Below are positions 58,806 to 64,000 of a stretch of DNA of 64,000 bases, piece by piece (positions within the stretch are counted from its first letter, which is position 1; each line of letters starts with the position of its first letter). Below the pieces are notes generated by a model. It was not told the origin of the DNA. It saw only the letters and a program-made list of their open reading frames with translations, and searched no databases. The position numbers and the translations under genes were made by a program. The DNA comes from Centroscyllium fabricii (lineage: Eukaryota): NCBI GenBank assembly GCA_051313645.2, contig JBNRSN020000005.1, forward strand, positions 164,982,001 through 165,046,000, given 5' to 3'.

Positions 58806-61800
58806 TGACGTATCGTCAATAAGACAAAGACGAGTAGTTACCTTAACTAGAGGCTTTTAATCACTTTACAATGGAGCTAGTCTCCAGTCGAACATGGAGT
58901 ACAGAATGAATGGGGGCAGGTCAGACCCCACCTATAAGGCTCTCACCTGAGGGGAGGAGTTAGAGGTGTGGCTGACCTGACCTCGTGACAGTGTTGTTAT
59001 ACAAAACTATATACAATGCACCCAGCCATTATACATGCTGGTCTGTAGTGTTCTCAACTATATACAATGGTAATCATTATTACCACATTCACTACTTCTT
59101 TGAAAATTGAGTCCGGCGGGGTGAATGGACAGAACCTGTTATTGCAAGAATTTTTTTTTTTTAGTATGAGTCCGGCTCAACAGTTCACAATGAGTCTCTC
59201 CGGCGGTCGTGTCTGCCTTGAGGACCGCTGGGGTTCTGGTAGCGGCGCTGGTGCCGGTTGTGGCGGCGGGGCCGGGTGCTCCGGCAGCTGTGCCTGCAGT
59301 GTGGCGTCTGGTTCTGGGTCCTCAGCTGGTAGTGTCGGGGGCCCCGGTGTGTGCGTGTGCCTAGGCCAGTATCCGGTAGGTTGTGGTTGGCGTGTCGGCC
59401 AGTGGTCTGTAGGCGGTGGTTGGTTGGGCTGAGGCTCGACCAGGGGCTCTGTTGTAGTGCTCCCGGTGGGCGCAAGGTCCCTGATGGAAACTGTGTCCTC
59501 GCGCCCGTCTGGGAACTGCACGTATGCGTACTGCGGGTTGGCGTGCAGCAGCTGCACCTTTTCCACCAGGGGGTCGGTCTTATGGCTGCGGACATGTTTA
59601 CTAAGTAAGACCGGCCCCGGCATCATGAGCCACGGTGGGAGTGCTGTCCCCGAAGTCGACTTCCTGGGGAATGAAAACAATAAGTCGTGGGGTGTGGCGT
59701 TGGTTGCCATACACAGCAGAGAGCGGATGGATTGGAGCGCATCTGGGAGGACTACCTGACAACGGGACACTGGAAGGCCTCTGGACTTCAGGGCCAGGCT
59801 GACCGCCTTCCAGATGATCTCGTTCTCCCTTTCTACCTGGCCGTTCCCCCGGGGGTTGTAACTGGTCGTTCTGCTTGAGGCAACCTCTTTCTGAAGCAGA
59901 AACTGACGCAGTTCGTCGCTCATGAACGACGACCCCCAGTCGCTATGGATGTAGCTGGGGAGACCGAAAATGGCGAACAGCGTGGTGAAGTGTCTTATCA
60001 CCATTGCGCTCGTCATATCTGGGCAGGGGAAGGCGAAGGGGAAGCGGGAGAACTCGTCCACGACCGTGAGGAAGTACGAGTTGCGGTCGGTGGAGGGGAG
60101 GGGACCTTTGAAGTCCACGCTTAGACGTTCAAAGGGGCGGGTGGCCTTAATGAGGTGTGCCGTGTCTGGCCTGTAAAATTGGGGTTTGCACTCGGCGCAA
60201 ACAGGGTACTCTCGGGTCATAGCCTTGATCTCCGTGCTGGAGTAGGGGAGGCTACGGGATTTAATTAAATGGGCAAGTCTGGTGATACCCGGGTGGCAGA
60301 GGCGATCGTGGAGTTCCTTCAGCCGGTCTAGCTGGGCACTGGCGCACGTTCCCCTGGACAGTGCGTCCGGGGGTTCATTGAGTTTGCCTGGTCGGTAAAG
60401 AATGTCGTACTCGTAAGTCGAGAGTTCGATCCGCCACCGCAGGATCTTATCATTATTGATTTTACCCTTTTTGTTTATTATTAAACATAAACGCGACCGA
60501 CCGTTGGTCGGTGAGCAGGGTAAAACGCTTACCGGCCAGGTAATGACGCCAGTAGCGCACGGCCTCCACGATGGCCTGGGCCTCCTTTTCCACTGCAGAG
60601 TGGCGAGTTTCGGGTCCCTGTAGGGTGCGGGAGGAAAACGCTACGGGCCTGCCTGCCTGATTCAGGGTGGCGGCAAGGGCAAAGTCCGAAGCGTCACTCT
60701 CCACCTGGAAAGGGATGGACTCATCAACGGCATGCATGGTCGCCTTGATAATATCTTCCTTAATCAGGGCGAACGCCTTCTGGGCTTCTACCGAGAGGGG
60801 GAAGACGTCAGCCTTGAGGAGCGGTCTGGCCTTGTCCGCGAACTGGGGAACCCCTTGCGCGTAATGGGAGAAAAATCCCAGACATCTCCTCAGGGCTTTG
60901 GGGTTGTGAGGTAATGGCAGTTCCTGTAAGGGACGCATACACTGTGGGTCGGGGCCGAGGACCCCGTTTTCCACCACGTATCCGAGGATGGCGAGCCGAT
61001 CTGTACTAAAGATGCACTTGTCTTTATTGGATGTGAGATCGAGCCGTTTCGCCATGTAGAGGAATTTGGCCAGGTTGGCATCGTGGTCCTGCTGGTCGTG
61101 GCCGCAGATGGTCACGTTGTCCAGGTAGGGGAAAGTGGCCTGCAACCCATTCTGGTCAACCATGCGGTCCATCTCCCTTTGGAATACCGACACTCCGTTG
61201 GTCACGCCGAAGGGGACCCGGAGGAAGTGGTAGAGCCGACCGTTCGCCTCGAAGGCGGTGTATGGGCGGTCGGCTTTCCGGATCGGGAGTTGGTGATACG
61301 CCGACTTAAGGTCGATTGTGGAGAAAACCTTATACTGGGCGATCTGGTTAACCATTTCCGAGATGCGGGGAAGCGGGTAGGCGTCGAGCTCGGTGTAGCG
61401 GTTAATGGTCTGGCTGTAGTCGATCACCATCCGCAGTTTCTCGCCAGTCTTAACCACTACGACCTGGGCCTTCCAGGGACTGGTGCTGGCTTCAATTATC
61501 CCCTCCTGCAGCATACGCCCGACCTCCGACCTGATAAACGCCCGATCCCCCGCACTGTAACGCCGACTCTTGGTAGCAATAGGTTTGCAGTTGGGGTCGA
61601 GGTTGGCGAACAGCGAGGGGGGGTCGACTTTCAGGGTGGATAGGCCGCAAGTCGGGCTCCGCTTTAGGAAGGGATTGTCCCAGCTACTGACGGCGAGGGG
61701 GGCCAGGGTCCCGCTGAACTCCATTGTCACGCTCTTCAGGTGGCACTGTAAATTCAGTCCCAGTAAGACTGGGGCGCACAACTGCTGGAGTATGTACAGT

Positions 61801-61823
61801 TTGAAATTACGGTACACGCAGTC
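58806..61823 (-). mobile_element. Gypsy copy 2 (family of 48145-53077): 3' LTR and pol, interrupted in protease by copy 3
   Basis: LTR 58806-59087; pol ORFs 59177-60220 and 60462-61817; homology to 50040 onward stops exactly at the next LTR. Confidence 0.9.
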
Positions 61824-64000
61824 TGACGTATCGTCAATAAGACAAAGACGAGTAGTTACCTTAACTAGAGGCTTTTTATCACTTTACAATGGAGCTAGTC
61901 TCCAGTCGAACATTGAGTACAGAATGAATGGGAGCAGGTCAGACCTCACCTATAAGGCGCTCACCTGAGGGGAGGAGTTAGAGGTGTGGCTGACCTTACC
62001 TCGCGACAGCGTCGTTATACAAAACTATATACAATGCACCCAGCCACTATACATGCAGGTCTGTAGTGTGCTCAACTATATACACTGGTAATCCTGATTA
62101 CCACATTCACCCCTTCTTTGAAAATTGAGTCCGGCGGGGTGAATGGACAGAACCTGTTATTGCAAGGAAAAGAAAAATGTTGTATAGTATGGTATGAGTC
62201 CAGCTCAACAGTTCACAATGAGTCTCTCCGGCGGTCGTGTCTGCCTTGAGGACCGCCGGGGTTCTGGTAGCGGCGCTGGTGCCGGTTGTGGTGGCGGGGC
62301 CGGGTCCTCCGGCCGCTGTGCCTGCAGTGTGGCGTCTGGTTCTGGGTCCTCAGCTGGTAGTGTCGAGGGCCCCGGTGTGTGCGTGTGCCTAGGCCAGTAT
62401 CTGGTGGGTTGTTTTTGGTGTGTAGGCCAGTGGTCGGTAGGTGGTGGCTGGTCGGGCTGAGGCTCGACCAGGGGCTCTGCTGTGGTGCTGCCGGCGGGCG
62501 CTAGGTCCCTGATGGAAACTGTGTCCTCGCGCCCGTCCAGGAACTGCACGTATGCGTACTGCGGGTTGGCGTGCAGCAGCTGCACCTTTTCCACCAGGGA
62601 GTCGGTCTTATGGCCGCAGACATGTTTCCTAAGTAAGACCGGCCCCGGCATCGTGAGTCACGATGCGACTGCTGTCCCCGAAGTTGACTTCCTGGGGAAC
62701 GAAAATAATAAGTCAGGAGGTGTGGCGTTGGCTGCCGTACACAGCAGAGAGCAGATGGAGTGGAGCGCGTCTGGGAGGACTGCCTGCCAATGGGACACTG
62801 GAAGGCCTCTGGACTTCAGGGCCAGGCTGACCGCCTTCCAGATGATCCCGTTCTCCCTTTCTACCTGGCCGTTCCCCCGGGGGTTGTAACTGTTCGTTCT
62901 GCTTGAGGCAACCCCTTTCTGAAGCAGAAACTGACGCAGTTCGTCGCTCATGAACGACGACCCCGGTCGCTATGGATGTAGCTGGGGAGACCGAAAATGC
63001 GAACAGCGTGGTGAAGTGTTTGATCACCGTTGCGCTCGTCATATCTAGGCAGGGGAAGGCAAAGGGGAAGCGGGAGAACTCGTCTACGACCATGAGGAAG
63101 TATGAGTTGCGGTCGGTGGAGGGGAAGGGACCTTTGAAGTCCACGCTTAGACGTTCAAAGGGGCGGGTGGCCTTAATGAGGTGTGCCGTGTCTGGCCTGT
63201 AAAATTGGGGTTTGCACTCGGCGCAAACAGGGCACTCTCGGGTCATAGCCTTGATCTCCGTGATGGAGTAGGGGAGGCTACGAGATTTAACGAAATGGGC
63301 AAGTCTGGTGATACCCGGGTGGCAGAGGCGATCATGGAGTTCGTTAAGCCGGTCTAGCTGGGCACTGGCGCACGTTCCCCTGGACAGTGCATCCGGGGGT
63401 TCATTGAGTTTGCCTGGTCGGTAAAGAATGTCGTACTCGTAAGTTGAGAGCTCGATCCACCACCGCAGGATCTTATCATTATTGATTTTACCCTTTTGTT
63501 TATTGTTAAACATAAACGCGACCGACCGTTGGTCGGTGAGCAGGGTAAAACGCTTACCGGCCAGGTAATGACGCCATTAGCGCACGGCCTCCACGATGGC
63601 CTGGGCCTCCTTTTCCACTGCAGAGTGGCGAGTTTCGGGTCCCTGTAGGGTGCGGGAGAAGAACGCTACGGGCCTGCCTGCCTGGTTCATGGTGGCGGCG
63701 AGGGCAAAGTCCGAAGCGTCACTCTCCACCTGGAAAGGGATGGACTCATCAACGGCGTGCATGGTCGCCTTGACAATATCTTCCTTAATCAGGGCGAACG
63801 CCTTTTGGGCTTCTACCGAGAGGGGGAAGACGTCAGCCTTGAGGAGCGGTCTGGCCTTGTCTGCGAACTGGGGAACCCATTGCGCGTAATAGGAGAAAAA
63901 TCCCAGACATCTCCTCAGGGCTTTGGGGTTGTGAGGTAGGGGCAGTTCCTGTAGGGGACGCATACGCTGTGGGTCGGGGCCGAGGACCCCGTTTTCCACC
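61824..64000 (-). mobile_element. Gypsy copy 3 (same family), nested; runs off the window
   Basis: LTR 61824-62105, PPT, integrase, RNase H and RT thumb fragments with frameshifts. Confidence 0.9.

Noticed and set aside
1-64000. Prokaryotic systems (CRISPR, retron, DGR, defence operons)
   Set aside because: No repeat-spacer arrays or operons; all RTs carry eukaryotic LINE or Gypsy hallmarks

Overview
Eukaryotic, repeat-saturated, non-coding DNA, most likely from a shark or other elasmobranch (inferred from HE1-type V-SINEs and HER1-like CR1 LINEs). I found no convincing host gene, rRNA, tRNA gene or CRISPR array. Almost everything recognisable is transposable element, often nested two or three deep. 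This includes several CR1, L2, Rex/Babar and RTE non-LTR pieces, two HE1 SINEs, Tc1/mariner- and Harbinger-type MITEs, a decayed Harbinger transposase and a Myb/SANT exon. There are two complete CsRn1-clade Ty3/Gypsy elements (CHCC Gag motif, tRNA-Trp-like PBS, 4-bp TSD) and a cluster of a second Gypsy lineage with 5-bp TSDs (one complete copy, two nested copies, one fragment, three related solo LTRs). The most interesting signal is that this second lineage has no tRNA primer-binding site. Instead, the 14 nt after its 5' LTR are the reverse complement of the LTR's own poly(A)-signal region, which suggests tRNA-independent self-priming, possibly coupled to poly(A)-site occlusion; its PPT also sits in a conserved hairpin. 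Other notable items are a bipartite (head+tail) RTE mini-element, a minisatellite retroposon with a Rex/Babar tail, a 1.67-kb solo LTR, an NRF1-motif-packed MITE, a tail-swapped HE1 SINE and a fold-back duplication at a CR1 5' junction. All coordinates and identities were read by eye; no database searches were run.
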